Assembly (NCBI GenBank): GCA_028279685.1
Contig: JANQNG010000051.1
Coordinates: forward strand, 9 to 64,008
Reading direction: 5' to 3'
From: Candidatus Nanoarchaeia archaeon
GTDB taxonomy: Archaea > Nanobdellota > Nanobdellia > Woesearchaeales > SKIA01
DNA length: 64,000 nt
The stretch's first letter is position 1, and each line of letters begins with the position of its first letter. A program made the position numbers and the translations under genes. Positions 44,388-55,047 of this stretch are shown here, piece by piece. The notes under the pieces were generated by a model that had not been told where the DNA came from, ran no database searches, and saw only the letters and a list, made by a program, of their open reading frames with translations.

Positions 44388-45347
44388 ATGAACCTAAAGA
44401 AGAGAGATAAAGATATTTTAAAAATCCTCAATAAAAATTGTCGTGAACTAGATTCTACTATTGCTAGAACGTTGAAAATAAGCAAACAAGCAGTAAGTTA
44501 CAGAATCAAAAAAATGCAGGAGAATAGACTAATAAAAAAATTTTATACAGAATTCAATATCAGTAAACTAGGAAATAATTCTTATTATATTTTTCTAGAA
44601 TTAGAAAGAATAACAAACAAGATAGAGAATGAAATAATTAAAAAGCTAATAAATGAAGAAAACATTGGCTGGATTATTAATAGCGTTGGAAAAATAAATA
44701 TCATTCTTTTAGTTTATGCTAAAACACTCAGCACATTTGAAGAGTTATACTCAAGAATTAAGAACATTTGTTCAGAACATCTAAAAGAAGCAACCTTTTC
44801 GATTTTAACTAATTCCCAAAAACTAAGTTATAGATTCTTAGAAACAGATCTTGAAGGTGTTCAAACAGAACAACTCCGACCAATACTATTAGATGATGAA
44901 GATATTAAGTTGATGAGGTTCTTGGCACAAAATGCAAGAGAAAAAATAACAACAATTTCTAATCAGACTGGATTATCTATAGATATTGTTAGATATAGAT
45001 TAAAAAAACTCAAAGAAAACAAAGTTATTAATGGATTCAGGATGAAATTGGATGTTTCTAAACTAGAAATTCAATGGTATCTTTTATTACTTAAGTTACA
45101 AACAATTGATGAAAAAACGAAAAAAAGATTCCTTAATTATATACTACAACAAAAAGAAATATATTATTTAACATCAACAGTCGGAAACTATGATTTGATT
45201 GTTGATTTACATGTAACAAAGTCTACAGACGTTAGGAATTTAATATTTAGATTACGAGACAAATTCCCAGAAGTTATCAAAAACTTTGAAACGCTACTAA
45301 TCTTCAAAGAATATAAACTTAGTTATCTCCCATCACTTCCTAATTAA
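44388..45347 (+). CDS. Lrp/AsnC-family transcriptional regulator, tandem (second such gene in the window)
   Basis: KRDKDILKILNKNCRELDSTIARTLKISKQAVSYRIKKMQENRLI and DDEDIKLMRFLAQNAREKITTISNQTGLSIDIVRYRLKKLKENKVI. Start set at ATG 44388, ~25 nt after the TTTATATATT box. Confidence 0.8.
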   Translation: MNLKKRDKDILKILNKNCRELDSTIARTLKISKQAVSYRIKKMQENRLIKKFYTEFNISKLGNNSYYIFLELERITNKIENEIIKKLINEENIGWIINSVGKINIILLVYAKTLSTFEELYSRIKNICSEHLKEATFSILTNSQKLSYRFLETDLEGVQTEQLRPILLDDEDIKLMRFLAQNAREKITTISNQTGLSIDIVRYRLKKLKENKVINGFRMKLDVSKLEIQWYLLLLKLQTIDEKTKKRFLNYILQQKEIYYLTSTVGNYDLIVDLHVTKSTDVRNLIFRLRDKFPEVIKNFETLLIFKEYKLSYLPSLPN

Positions 45348-45383
45348 ATATATTGCTTTCTCAAAAAACTCCCTACAATATAA

Positions 45384-46802
45384 TTAACTATACTCCCCTC
45401 TCAAGACCTTCTGTATTACTTCGTTCTTTATTGCTGCAGGCTCCGTTCTTACATTTACTGCAAATCCTATTAACGTTAATGGATTGATATTTTTTGCGTT
45501 ACTAAAAACATTCAGCGCATCACGAAGAGGCACTATTAACGTTACATCAGCATCATCATAAGATCCATCTTCAAGAAGAGCTATTTTTCCATCACTATCA
45601 ACTAAAACTCTTAATCTCAATTCACGATCATCATCTTCAACGACAAGATTTGCCCTAGGAAAATCCTTCATTATTCTAGTAAAAAAATCATTGCTGTTAA
45701 TGAAATACACCACCATCTCTTCATCAATGCCAAACTCTTCACCAATATTAGTCTTCACTATCTCATCTTCTAATTCTTCAATAATCTCTGGTGTTCTTTC
45801 TTTTACTTCTTCTTTCTCTTCTTCAATTATTTCTGGCGTCGGAATCTCATACTCCTGAGCACATTGCACACTATGTAAAATAGTATCTTTTATCTCTCTA
45901 TCCTCTTCAGTAACATATTCATCCACGCAAAGAACCTGAGTTATATAACTCTGGTAATTGCAATAGAGCACTTTAGTATTTGCTGTCATAGCATTCTCTC
46001 CATATGAAAACTGATACTCAATAGTATATGCATCAATTGATGAATCCAACATCGTATGGTTTTCTTTTTCTTCAATCGACGTCGTTAACCAATGAAATAT
46101 ATCTTCAGGCAAAGCATTATGTTTATCAACGATGACTGAACAAACACCTTTCGTTCTTCCCAATACTCTTTGTTCATTGCCATCATTGATTTCTTCCCAA
46201 TCAGGATAGCTTACAGAAAAATCATCTTCTTGATACTCTTTAAACTCCATTTCTTCTTCTTGACAACTCACTGAAGAATAAATTGTATCGCTTAGTTTCT
46301 GCATGACTTTATCAACTTCTTCTACGCATGTAATAGTAACGGTTGTTGATTCATCGTTACAAACAAAAATTCGATTATCTGAAATCAAAGTGACGTTTTG
46401 AAAATTCAACGAAAATTTTGCCTGCAAATTATCTTCATCTGAAATAATGATTTCTCCTGACTGTTTTTCTATTGATTCAAGAAACATTCCAAACCATTGC
46501 TTGGCAGGAATTCCTTCTGTATTAACCGCCACCGTACAATATCCTTTGCTTACCGTTAATTCTACATCACCTTTAGTAGTGTCTGGCCATTGAGGATAGA
46601 GTACTGAGAATCCATTTTCAGTATACTGCGTATAGTTTATTTCTTCGCTTATGAGTTTATCTAACGGATTTTGCGCTTTCTCTTGGCTTTGCAGCTTTTC
46701 CTGAGGAATTTCACAACCAACCATCAAGATCACTAGAATAATCATCACCAACATACTATATTTTGCTAGTTCAATACTCTCCAACATAATTATGTCACAC
46801 AT
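45384..46802 (-). CDS. putative lipoprotein with duplicated unknown domain
   Basis: Signal peptide ending in the lipobox-like LMVGC. Two similar units: YTENGFSVLYPQWPD... and YQEDDFSVSYPDWEE.... Confidence 0.6.
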   Translation of the reverse strand: MCDIIMLESIELAKYSMLVMIILVILMVGCEIPQEKLQSQEKAQNPLDKLISEEINYTQYTENGFSVLYPQWPDTTKGDVELTVSKGYCTVAVNTEGIPAKQWFGMFLESIEKQSGEIIISDEDNLQAKFSLNFQNVTLISDNRIFVCNDESTTVTITCVEEVDKVMQKLSDTIYSSVSCQEEEMEFKEYQEDDFSVSYPDWEEINDGNEQRVLGRTKGVCSVIVDKHNALPEDIFHWLTTSIEEKENHTMLDSSIDAYTIEYQFSYGENAMTANTKVLYCNYQSYITQVLCVDEYVTEEDREIKDTILHSVQCAQEYEIPTPEIIEEEKEEVKERTPEIIEELEDEIVKTNIGEEFGIDEEMVVYFINSNDFFTRIMKDFPRANLVVEDDDRELRLRVLVDSDGKIALLEDGSYDDADVTLIVPLRDALNVFSNAKNINPLTLIGFAVNVRTEPAAIKNEVIQKVLRGEYS

Positions 46803-46819
46803 AATGATCTTAATAAAAC

Positions 46820-47071
46820 TTACTTTTTATCAGAATTCTTGCTATGTTCTAATGCAACAGCATTGGCTTCTTCAACCATTTTATCGATGTGTTCATCTTC
46901 CATGCCATGAACCTTACAGCCTTCCTCTATAGTTTCCCAAGCAGCAACATGACAGCCAATACAATGCAATCCATGATTCATCAACACCATAGCTACTTGA
47001 GGATATTGTTCAATAGTTTCTCCTATAGTCATTTCTTTTGTAATTAATGGTTGTTCAGCCATGCAGAACAT
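46820..47071 (-). CDS. DUF1858-type redox disulfide protein (hybrid-cluster-protein-associated family)
   Basis: MTIGETIEQYPQVAMVLMNHGLHCIGCHVAAWETIEEGCKVHG. Confidence 0.7.
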   Translation of the reverse strand: MFCMAEQPLITKEMTIGETIEQYPQVAMVLMNHGLHCIGCHVAAWETIEEGCKVHGMEDEHIDKMVEEANAVALEHSKNSDKK

Positions 47072-47098
47072 AACAATGGTTAATTTATAAATTTTTGC

Positions 47099-47773
47099 TT
47101 AACAAGCACTAACATCTATCTCCATTCTCCAAGCATTTCCTTCGCCCGATATTTTTTTATCTATTACGTTTAATGGTTTTTTGAATAATGGACAGTTTAA
47201 TACAAATGACTCAAACTCTCCTCCCTCTCCTGCAGGACTAATACCATATTGTTTTTCCATTTTTTTCATATCTTCAATAAATTGCTTGTTTATTGTTCTT
47301 CCAAGCCAAGAATCATCTAACGGATATGCAGCAATTCCAATAACAATAACTTCAAAGTTATGCTTCAATAACAATTCAAGAAGTTCAATGCTATCCATTT
47401 GCCATAATGGATTAATACACTTAATCCCCAAATCATCGCAAATCTTCTGAATACGCGATGCTTGATAGACACTTTGCACAGCACCTGTGGTAATAGCTTC
47501 AATATTATATTTTTCTTTAGCATTTTTCAATGCAGCAACAAGATCAACAAGCTCTTTCTCTTTCTCTCCTTTTGTAGCACATGTTAAAAGAGGCAATCCC
47601 ATTACTTCAGCCTGTTTCTCAGTCTTTGCTATTGAGGGCGTATGAAACATATAGCTATCAGGATTCTCAGATATCATAGAAATACAGCAGACTAGCTCAT
47701 GACCATCCTGTTTTGCCAAGAAAGCAGCTAATGTGCTGTCTTTTCCTCCAGAAAATAACACTCCAATTCTCAT
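47099..47773 (-). CDS. dph6: diphthine-ammonia ligase (Dph6-like, MJ0570 family PP-loop ATPase)
   Basis: MRIGVLFSGGKDSTLA PP-loop, ...GEGGEFESFVLNCPLF. Start set at ATG 47773. Confidence 0.8.
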   Translation of the reverse strand: MRIGVLFSGGKDSTLAAFLAKQDGHELVCCISMISENPDSYMFHTPSIAKTEKQAEVMGLPLLTCATKGEKEKELVDLVAALKNAKEKYNIEAITTGAVQSVYQASRIQKICDDLGIKCINPLWQMDSIELLELLLKHNFEVIVIGIAAYPLDDSWLGRTINKQFIEDMKKMEKQYGISPAGEGGEFESFVLNCPLFKKPLNVIDKKISGEGNAWRMEIDVSAC

Positions 47774-47893
47774 ACGTTTGTGAATTGATTTACTCTTTAA
47801 TAGTTTTTTGTTGCTTCTTGCAAATCCATAACATTTATATACTAGTTCTTTCACTATTTTTCATAATTACGAAAAATACGGAATTTACCGAAA

Positions 47894-48400
47894 ATGTCAA
47901 AAATACAAGAAATTGATAACAAGATGATTGAATTCACTATGCAAAAATTCCATCATTATGGCCTAGATAGGCTGCAATCGCAAATTTACGCAGTATTGCT
48001 AGTTGAACCAGAACCTGTTTCATTAGAATATTTAGCAAAACGCACAGACTATTCCTTAGCATCAGTAAGTAAAGCAGTCAAATTCCTTAGCAGATTCAAT
48101 CTTATAACAAAAACAAGAAAGCCAGGAACAAAAAAAATCTACGTCTCAGGCCAGAAAAACATGCTCGAGATGGTCGAAAAAAAGATGATACTGAGCCTAG
48201 AAATAGAAGTAACACCCACAAAAAGAATTGTTCCTGAATTAATAGATGAATACAAGCAAGCTATGAAAACAGCATCGAAGACTGATAAAGAATCTGCAAA
48301 AAAGAAAGTCAAGATTATGGAAGAATATCTAAAAAACATGCTATTATTAGAACGATTACAAATAAAAGGATTAGAAATGATAAGAAAAGAATTAATATAA
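47894..48400 (+). CDS. winged-helix transcriptional regulator (GbsR/MarR-like)
   Basis: LDRLQSQIYAVLLVEPEPVSLEYLAKRTDYSLASVSKAVKFLSRFNLITKTRKPGTKKIY. Immediately upstream of the ABC operon. Confidence 0.55.
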   Translation: MSKIQEIDNKMIEFTMQKFHHYGLDRLQSQIYAVLLVEPEPVSLEYLAKRTDYSLASVSKAVKFLSRFNLITKTRKPGTKKIYVSGQKNMLEMVEKKMILSLEIEVTPTKRIVPELIDEYKQAMKTASKTDKESAKKKVKIMEEYLKNMLLLERLQIKGLEMIRKELI

Positions 48401-48413
48401 TGAGGTATAAACA

Positions 48414-49157
48414 ATGAAAAAATCCAAAAAGAAAATCAAGAAGATCATCAAGAAAGCTTCTAAAAAGAAATCAGAAACTATTATTGAGTTGAAAAATGTC
48501 TGGAAGATCTATCAAATGGGAGATTCTGAAGTTGCTGCTTCAAGCGGACTCAACCTCGCCGTAAAAAACGGTGAATTCATCGCAATCCAAGGACCTTCAG
48601 GATCAGGAAAATCCACTGCGGTTAACATGATCGGTTGTCTAGATGTTCCAACAAAAGGAGAAATTTTTCTTGACGGCTACAACATATCAAGTCTGGAAGA
48701 ATCTGATCTTGCACAAATACGAGGAAAGAAGATAGGATTTATTTTTCAAAAGTTCAACCTCATTCCTACCTTAACAGCATTAGAAAATGTCATGCTGCCT
48801 ATGACCTTCCAAGGTATGGCTGAAGAAGAGCGAAGACAACGTGCTCAGGAACTTCTTGAGCTTGTTGAGCTTGGAGAGAGATCAGATCATAAACCTTCTG
48901 AGCTATCAGGAGGCCAACAGCAGAGAGTTGCTATCGCACGATCATTGGCCAACGACCCCGAGGTTCTTTTAGCAGATGAACCCACAGGAAATCTTGATTC
49001 AAAAACAGGAAAGAAAGTAATGGACTTCCTAAAAAAACTAACCACAGAACAGAACAAAACTGTTGTAATGGTAACTCATGACGATCATCTTGCGCGATAC
49101 GCAAATCGTATCGCAATACTCAAAGATGGAAAGATAGAAAAACAAATAAGAAGGTGA
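48414..49157 (+). CDS. ABC transporter ATP-binding protein (MacB/LolD-type)
   Basis: GPSGSGKST, LSGGQQQRVAIARSL, LLADEPTGNLD. Confidence 0.92.
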   Translation: MKKSKKKIKKIIKKASKKKSETIIELKNVWKIYQMGDSEVAASSGLNLAVKNGEFIAIQGPSGSGKSTAVNMIGCLDVPTKGEIFLDGYNISSLEESDLAQIRGKKIGFIFQKFNLIPTLTALENVMLPMTFQGMAEEERRQRAQELLELVELGERSDHKPSELSGGQQQRVAIARSLANDPEVLLADEPTGNLDSKTGKKVMDFLKKLTTEQNKTVVMVTHDDHLARYANRIAILKDGKIEKQIRR

Positions 49158-50425
49158 AAAAAATGAAGAAGTTATTGTATGTGCTACTCATGTTGTTTGT
49201 TGTGCCCTTTGTTCTTGGCGCAAATAACCCGTATCTCGGTTCTGCGATTGCAGGTAGTAATCTTGATGTCTACTTGATAAGCCAAGATCCAAATCCTGTC
49301 GAGCCTGGCGATTATGTAGAACTCAGATTCCGTGCAGAGAATTTTGGATCAATGAAAATGGAAGATGTCAGTTTTGAGATCATACCTGAATATCCTTTTT
49401 CACTTGATGAATCAGAATCTGCTGTGAAAAATGTTGGACAAATTGATCCAAGACAGAAAGACGAAGACGCTGTCATCTTACTCTGGAAATTAAGAGTGGA
49501 CGAAAACGCTGTTGAAGGCACAAACGAAATTGAACTGAAATACTTCGTTCAGGGAGAAGAAAAAGTCAAACTTGATGAGTTTGAGGTAGAAGTTAAAGGA
49601 TTCCAGAGCATATTAGCTGTAGAATCCATCAATGTACTTCCTGAAAATAAAGTACCAGGACAACCTGCAACAACAATTATTACATTGAAAAATGTAGCTG
49701 ATTCTGTAATTAAGAATATCAAAGTAAAGCTAGATATCGATGACACTGATTTTGCTGTTGTGGGTTCATCAGCAGAAAAGATTATAAGAAGCATCAACTC
49801 TCAAGAAACAGAACAAGTGAGCTTCGATATTATCTCTGCTGCTGCCACGGAATCAAAAACACACAGTATTCCTTTAGAGATTGAGTATATGGACGAAGAT
49901 GGAACTGCTTTTTCTATCTCATCGAGCTTTGGTATCAAAATCTATGATCCCCCAAGCTACATTCTGACCTTGGATGAATCAACAGTAAAAACCCCTGGAA
50001 GTAATGGCAATATTGTGGTGAGTATCTCAAATATTGGACAGTCAGATATCAATTTCTTGACGGTTGAATTGCTCGAGAGTGACCAATATGAGATCCTTTC
50101 GCCAACAAGCGTTATGTATTTAGGAAATCTAGAAAGCGATGATTTTGAGACTGCTGACTATACTATCCACGTAAAAGGCGAATCAGTTGGAGATATTCCT
50201 CTGAAACTCAAACTTAACTATAAGGATAGCTATAATAAAATCTTCAGCGAAGAGCAAGAAGTGACATTGCATGTTTATCCTAAACAAGAGGCAATGGCTT
50301 ATGGTCTTGTACCAAAACCAAATTTCACCACCACTATTATCTTTGTGTTAATTATTGGTGCAATTGTGTTTTACTTCGTGCGAAGAAATATTAAAAGAAA
50401 GAAAGCGCTGCAAAAAAAGCGCTGA
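49154..50425 (+). CDS. secreted Ig-like/CARDB-like repeat protein with C-terminal TM anchor (COG1361-like)
   Basis: Signal peptide, repeated beta-rich ~100-aa units, C-terminal TM plus a basic tail. ATGA overlap with the ATPase gene. Confidence 0.45.
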   Translation: MKKMKKLLYVLLMLFVVPFVLGANNPYLGSAIAGSNLDVYLISQDPNPVEPGDYVELRFRAENFGSMKMEDVSFEIIPEYPFSLDESESAVKNVGQIDPRQKDEDAVILLWKLRVDENAVEGTNEIELKYFVQGEEKVKLDEFEVEVKGFQSILAVESINVLPENKVPGQPATTIITLKNVADSVIKNIKVKLDIDDTDFAVVGSSAEKIIRSINSQETEQVSFDIISAAATESKTHSIPLEIEYMDEDGTAFSISSSFGIKIYDPPSYILTLDESTVKTPGSNGNIVVSISNIGQSDINFLTVELLESDQYEILSPTSVMYLGNLESDDFETADYTIHVKGESVGDIPLKLKLNYKDSYNKIFSEEQEVTLHVYPKQEAMAYGLVPKPNFTTTIIFVLIIGAIVFYFVRRNIKRKKALQKKR

Positions 50426-50456
50426 TTTTTTTCTTTTTATTATATGAGGTAGTACC

Positions 50457-51671
50457 ATGTTGAAAGACGATATCAGTTTTGTCTGGAAGAATTTTAAATC
50501 CAGAAAACTACGTAGTTACTTGACTATGCTAGGTATCGTCATAGGCGTTGCTGCCATTGTTGCATTAATTGGATTAGGAGACGGATTAAGGGCTGGTATT
50601 ACTGCACAATTTAATCTTCTCGGACCTAACACTATTACTATTTCTGGAACATCAGGACAAGCGAACGGGCCTCCTGGTGCTGGAGTGGTTACTCCTTTAC
50701 GAGATAAATATATTGATCGCATTTCTGCAATGAATGGTGTTGAATGGGTTGTTGGAAGAAATATCAAAACAGCTAGAATTATGTACAATGATCAATTGCA
50801 GATAAAATATTTAGGAACTTATCCAGATGGAGAATTTAGGAAAGATTTTTACGAAGCACTTAATCTTGATGTAGAAAAAGGCCGTATGCTCCAGGACGGA
50901 GATGTTGGTAAAGTTGTTTTAGGATCAAATTATCTCGACAAAGAGAAATTTGGCAAAGAGATACGAGTTGGATCAAACATCCTTGTTAACGATAAAAAAT
51001 TTCAAGTTGTTGGATTCTTAAAAAAGAAAGGAAGTTTTATCACTGATGATACCATCGGTATGAATCCTGATGACTTGAGAGATATGTATGATTTAGATGA
51101 CGAATTAGAAGCTATTGTTGTCAATGCCAAAGAAGGTTATAATTTAAATACCCTTGAAGCAGCAATCGAAAGATATCTTCGAAAAGAACGAGACGTCAAA
51201 GAAGGAGAAGAAGACTTTAGTGTCGAAACAGCTGCAGCCAGACTAGAAAGCATGGAAAGCACACTATTAGCAGTGCAGATATTCGTGTATATTGTTGCAG
51301 GCATTTCATTATTAGTTGGAGGTATAGGCATAGGCAATAGCATGTATACCTCTGTTATCGAAAGAACAAAACAAATAGGCATCATGAAAGCAATAGGCGC
51401 AAGAAACAGCCAAATATTTAAACTTTTTTTCATAGAGTCAGGCATGCTCGGTCTTATAGGAGGAGGAATAGGCGCATTTATAGGCTTCCTTATGGCATTA
51501 GCAGCAACATCAATCATGAATAACTTCCTTGGACTTGAGGTGAGTTCTGGCTTGACTATTGCACATATTCTTGGCGCGTTGCTATTTTCGTTCAGTATAG
51601 GAGTCATATCCGGCTTTGCACCCGCTTATCTCGCAGCAAAGCTCCATCCTGTGGAGGCAATGAGGGACTAA
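50457..51671 (+). CDS. ABC transporter permease (MacB_PCD + FtsX domains)
   Basis: N-terminal TM, a periplasmic domain, and three C-terminal FtsX-type TMs (GIMKAIGARNSQIF...). Confidence 0.85.
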   Translation: MLKDDISFVWKNFKSRKLRSYLTMLGIVIGVAAIVALIGLGDGLRAGITAQFNLLGPNTITISGTSGQANGPPGAGVVTPLRDKYIDRISAMNGVEWVVGRNIKTARIMYNDQLQIKYLGTYPDGEFRKDFYEALNLDVEKGRMLQDGDVGKVVLGSNYLDKEKFGKEIRVGSNILVNDKKFQVVGFLKKKGSFITDDTIGMNPDDLRDMYDLDDELEAIVVNAKEGYNLNTLEAAIERYLRKERDVKEGEEDFSVETAAARLESMESTLLAVQIFVYIVAGISLLVGGIGIGNSMYTSVIERTKQIGIMKAIGARNSQIFKLFFIESGMLGLIGGGIGAFIGFLMALAATSIMNNFLGLEVSSGLTIAHILGALLFSFSIGVISGFAPAYLAAKLHPVEAMRD

Positions 51672-51672
51672 C

Positions 51673-52881
51673 ATGATCAAAGATTATCTAAAATATGCGT
51701 GGAACAATATTATGCAGAGAAAAGTACGAACATTTCTCAACATATTATCTATTCTCATAGGTATTGCTGCAGTATTCGCATTAGTAAGTTTCTCCGAAGG
51801 TCTTGAATGGTATGTACAGGATAATTTTGAAAAATTAGGCGGAGACAAAGTCATCGTCTTTCAAAAAGGAGGAATTGGCGAAGACAATAACGTTATGATC
51901 AGTGATCAGGATTTCAACTTCTTAAAAAAACAAAACGATATCATTGAAGCTACCGGATTCAAATTCAAAAGCGCAGAAATAACATTCAAAAAGGAAAGAG
52001 AGATACCTTGGATTATTGGCCTTGAAACTGCTCCGGAAGATGTCAGAATGCTCGAGGACATGTCTGGCATTGAGATTATGGAAGGCAGAGCACTCAAAGA
52101 AGGAGACAAACTTAATGTCGTCTTAGGTTATAGATACACAAAATCAAATGATATTTTCAAGAAAAGAATAAAACTAAACGACAATATCGAAATAGGAAAT
52201 ATTTCCTTAGACGTTATAGGGTTTTACGATAAAGTCGGTAATCCTGACGATGACAGAAATGTCTATGTGTCCATGGACGGCTATGAATCGCTCTTCCCTG
52301 ACGACGAAAGCTACACGCAGCTTATTGGTCAAGTAGCTCCTAGAGTTGATCCTGGTGCATTTGCAGAGAAGTTTGAAGAGAAATTCAGAAAATTCAGAAA
52401 CCAAAAAGAAGGTCAAGAAGATTTCACCGTTGATTCAGTAGAAGATCTAATGGAAACATTCAACAATATATTAGGTATATTGCAAGGAGTATTGATGGGC
52501 ATAGTACTTATTTCTGTCTTGGTCGCCACCGTAAATATTATGAACACTATGTTCACCGCTGTGCTCGAACGTACACAAGAAATAGGTGTTATGAAAGCTA
52601 TAGGAGCAGAAAACAACACCATTATGCTAGTCTTTTTGATTGAATCATCTATTATAGGTTTTATGGGTAGTGCTGCTGGAGTACTTATTGGATGGATGCT
52701 TGCAAGCATGGGAGGAAGTGTTCTTGTAGCGCTGAATTATGATATGCTTAAACCTATATTCCCCTTCTGGCTAATAGCTTCTTGTTTGATAGCAGGAACA
52801 CTAGTGGGAACTGTTGCAGGATTAATGCCTGCACGCAGAGCTAGTTTGTTAAAACCTGTAGATAGTCTCAGATATGAATAA
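51673..52881 (+). CDS. ABC transporter permease (MacB_PCD + FtsX domains), paralog of the preceding gene
   Basis: Same architecture as the preceding gene (GVMKAIGAENNTIM...). Confidence 0.85.
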   Translation: MIKDYLKYAWNNIMQRKVRTFLNILSILIGIAAVFALVSFSEGLEWYVQDNFEKLGGDKVIVFQKGGIGEDNNVMISDQDFNFLKKQNDIIEATGFKFKSAEITFKKEREIPWIIGLETAPEDVRMLEDMSGIEIMEGRALKEGDKLNVVLGYRYTKSNDIFKKRIKLNDNIEIGNISLDVIGFYDKVGNPDDDRNVYVSMDGYESLFPDDESYTQLIGQVAPRVDPGAFAEKFEEKFRKFRNQKEGQEDFTVDSVEDLMETFNNILGILQGVLMGIVLISVLVATVNIMNTMFTAVLERTQEIGVMKAIGAENNTIMLVFLIESSIIGFMGSAAGVLIGWMLASMGGSVLVALNYDMLKPIFPFWLIASCLIAGTLVGTVAGLMPARRASLLKPVDSLRYE

Positions 52882-52883
52882 TT

Positions 52884-53423
52884 TCAAATCGTCATACGAA
52901 CATAAAGTTGTTTATCAGAAACTCTATATGATTGTTCATTCTCAATTGTTCTGCGAATACTCTCTTTAATTTCTCTCTTCGATTCCTCTCTACCTTTAGA
53001 AGTATTCATCATTCCCGCAGTAATCTCAGCCCTCAAATCAATCTCTTCCAGACGGTGTTTAGTCATCTTTTTCCCAGCACTGAACAACATTTCGTATTTT
53101 TCATATTCTTTAGAAGCTAATTCATAAGATCTAGCACATTTGAACGCTCCGTGATGCAGAGACATCACATCATTACCAAATTCTTTTCCCATTTCAATAG
53201 CATCCTCAAAACTCGTTTTACTCGCATAGACTACATTATCAACCCATACAAGATAATACTCATTACACATATTATGATTACCTAACTCTAAAGAAACAGT
53301 ATCTAACTTTTCATTTGTTTTCTTCAATCTTTGTTCTAGAGATTCTTTTGCTTTCCCTTCGGAATCACCCATACCAAAAACATATGCAACATTATTAGAC
53401 ATCTTAATAATTTTCAAAATCAA
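52884..53423 (-). CDS. hypothetical protein
   Basis: ORF only. Confidence 0.45.
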   Translation of the reverse strand: MILKIIKMSNNVAYVFGMGDSEGKAKESLEQRLKKTNEKLDTVSLELGNHNMCNEYYLVWVDNVVYASKTSFEDAIEMGKEFGNDVMSLHHGAFKCARSYELASKEYEKYEMLFSAGKKMTKHRLEEIDLRAEITAGMMNTSKGREESKREIKESIRRTIENEQSYRVSDKQLYVRMTI

Positions 53424-53494
53424 TCTCTTATAAAACTTTGCATGTTTTTTTATAAATTAATAAAGCATTTAAATAAGAAATATATCAAGAACAA

Positions 53495-54589
53495 ATGACA
53501 CTTGGTATTATTGGAGCAGGACCTGCTGGAAGTTTTTTAGGAGCAAAAATAGGTTGGGATAAAAGTATTATTTTTGATGGTAAACCAAAAATAGGCTCAC
53601 CTATACAATGTACAGGGATTATCACAGATTCAATCTACAGAGTTATTGATGAGATTCCTGATAATGTTATTGTGAATCATATTGATACTTTTAGAATCTT
53701 TGCTCCCGATGGAAAAAGTATTGATGTTGATTTAGATAAAGAAAACATCATTTTACATAGAGGAAAATTTGATCAGCATATTGCAAAACTAGCAAAAGAT
53801 AATGGAACACCCATTAAACTTAATCATCAATTGAAAGGTTGGAAAAAGAAAAATAACAAATACAGATTGTTGTTTACTAACGGAAAACATCATGATGTTG
53901 ATTATCTTGTGGGTGCTGACGGCCCCCATAGTATTGTTGCAAAAAAAGCTAATATGTATGGAGAACGAGAAATACTTCCAGGCATACAAGCAAGAGTACG
54001 AATAAAAAAACAAAGCCAGAAATTCGATAAGAATGTTACTCAGATTCTCTTCGGTTTAGGTGAGTTTTCTTGGATTGTTCCTGAATCATCGACTATCGCA
54101 AGAATCGGCATCATTGGAAAAAATACCAAACATTTCAATCTGAAGAAAGCATTTGATAATTTAGCTGAACCCTACAAACACCTTGAGTATCAGTCGGGGC
54201 AAATTCCTATGTACAATCCAAAACAGAAATTACAGCAAGACAATATTGCATTAATTGGTGATGCTGCCACACAAGTCAAAGCAACGACGTATGGAGGTAT
54301 TACTTACGGGATGCTTTCTGCTACCTACCTTGGAGATCAATGGGAAGGATATGAGAAGAAATTCAATTCAAAATTAGGCAAAGATCTTTGGATATCTCTG
54401 AAAATGCGAGAAGTGTTGAATAAATTCTCTGAAAAAGAATGTGATGAACTCCTAGAGATTTTTAGAAAAGAAGGCAACAAAGAAATCCTCGAGAAAATGG
54501 ACAGGAACTTTCCCTCTAAATTCATTCTAAAATTGCTGATGAAAGAAACAAAACTTTGGAAGTATGGGTTTAAGCTATTCAGGAAATAG
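53495..54589 (+). CDS. geranylgeranyl reductase family FAD-dependent oxidoreductase
   Basis: IIGAGPAGSFLG dinucleotide fold, LVGADGPHSIVAK, LIGDAATQVKATTYGGITYGM. Confidence 0.8.
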   Translation: MTLGIIGAGPAGSFLGAKIGWDKSIIFDGKPKIGSPIQCTGIITDSIYRVIDEIPDNVIVNHIDTFRIFAPDGKSIDVDLDKENIILHRGKFDQHIAKLAKDNGTPIKLNHQLKGWKKKNNKYRLLFTNGKHHDVDYLVGADGPHSIVAKKANMYGEREILPGIQARVRIKKQSQKFDKNVTQILFGLGEFSWIVPESSTIARIGIIGKNTKHFNLKKAFDNLAEPYKHLEYQSGQIPMYNPKQKLQQDNIALIGDAATQVKATTYGGITYGMLSATYLGDQWEGYEKKFNSKLGKDLWISLKMREVLNKFSEKECDELLEIFRKEGNKEILEKMDRNFPSKFILKLLMKETKLWKYGFKLFRK

Positions 54590-54971
54590 AATACTCTGCA
54601 TCGTTTTTGTATACGATTTGCCCATTCCAAATCTCTGGTTTTTCTCGTAGTCTCTTTCTCTTTTGCTTAAACCATTCTTTGTCAAAATAATTAGGATTCA
54701 AGAATATAGTAGCCCCTTTATGTTCTCTTTGAAAAGTAAGTATCTTATCTGCCTCTTGTCTTGTATGAATGCCATATCCTTCTATTTTTCCGTGAGGCAA
54801 AGGATATCCCCAAGCACATATAACACATTCTTCTCCTAATTCCTTTTCAGCTTGCAACAACTTTTCTTCTATAGACATAACATAGGGCGCATCTCTCGAC
54901 ATTCGTAAATTTTGAGATATATCTATCTTATTTCTCTCGGTATAAATCTCATATATATTCATTTTTTCCAT
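54579..54971 (-). CDS. conserved hypothetical protein, paralog of 41477-41854
   Basis: See 41477-41854. By-eye identity between the two copies is roughly 45-50%. Confidence 0.65.
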   Translation of the reverse strand: MEKMNIYEIYTERNKIDISQNLRMSRDAPYVMSIEEKLLQAEKELGEECVICAWGYPLPHGKIEGYGIHTRQEADKILTFQREHKGATIFLNPNYFDKEWFKQKRKRLREKPEIWNGQIVYKNDAEYSIS

Positions 54972-55047
54972 ACTAAAAGCAGAGTTAAAGAAGTATATAA
55001 TTATTGTGAATTCAGAATATTCTATTTAAATAGAACATGGATTTAAA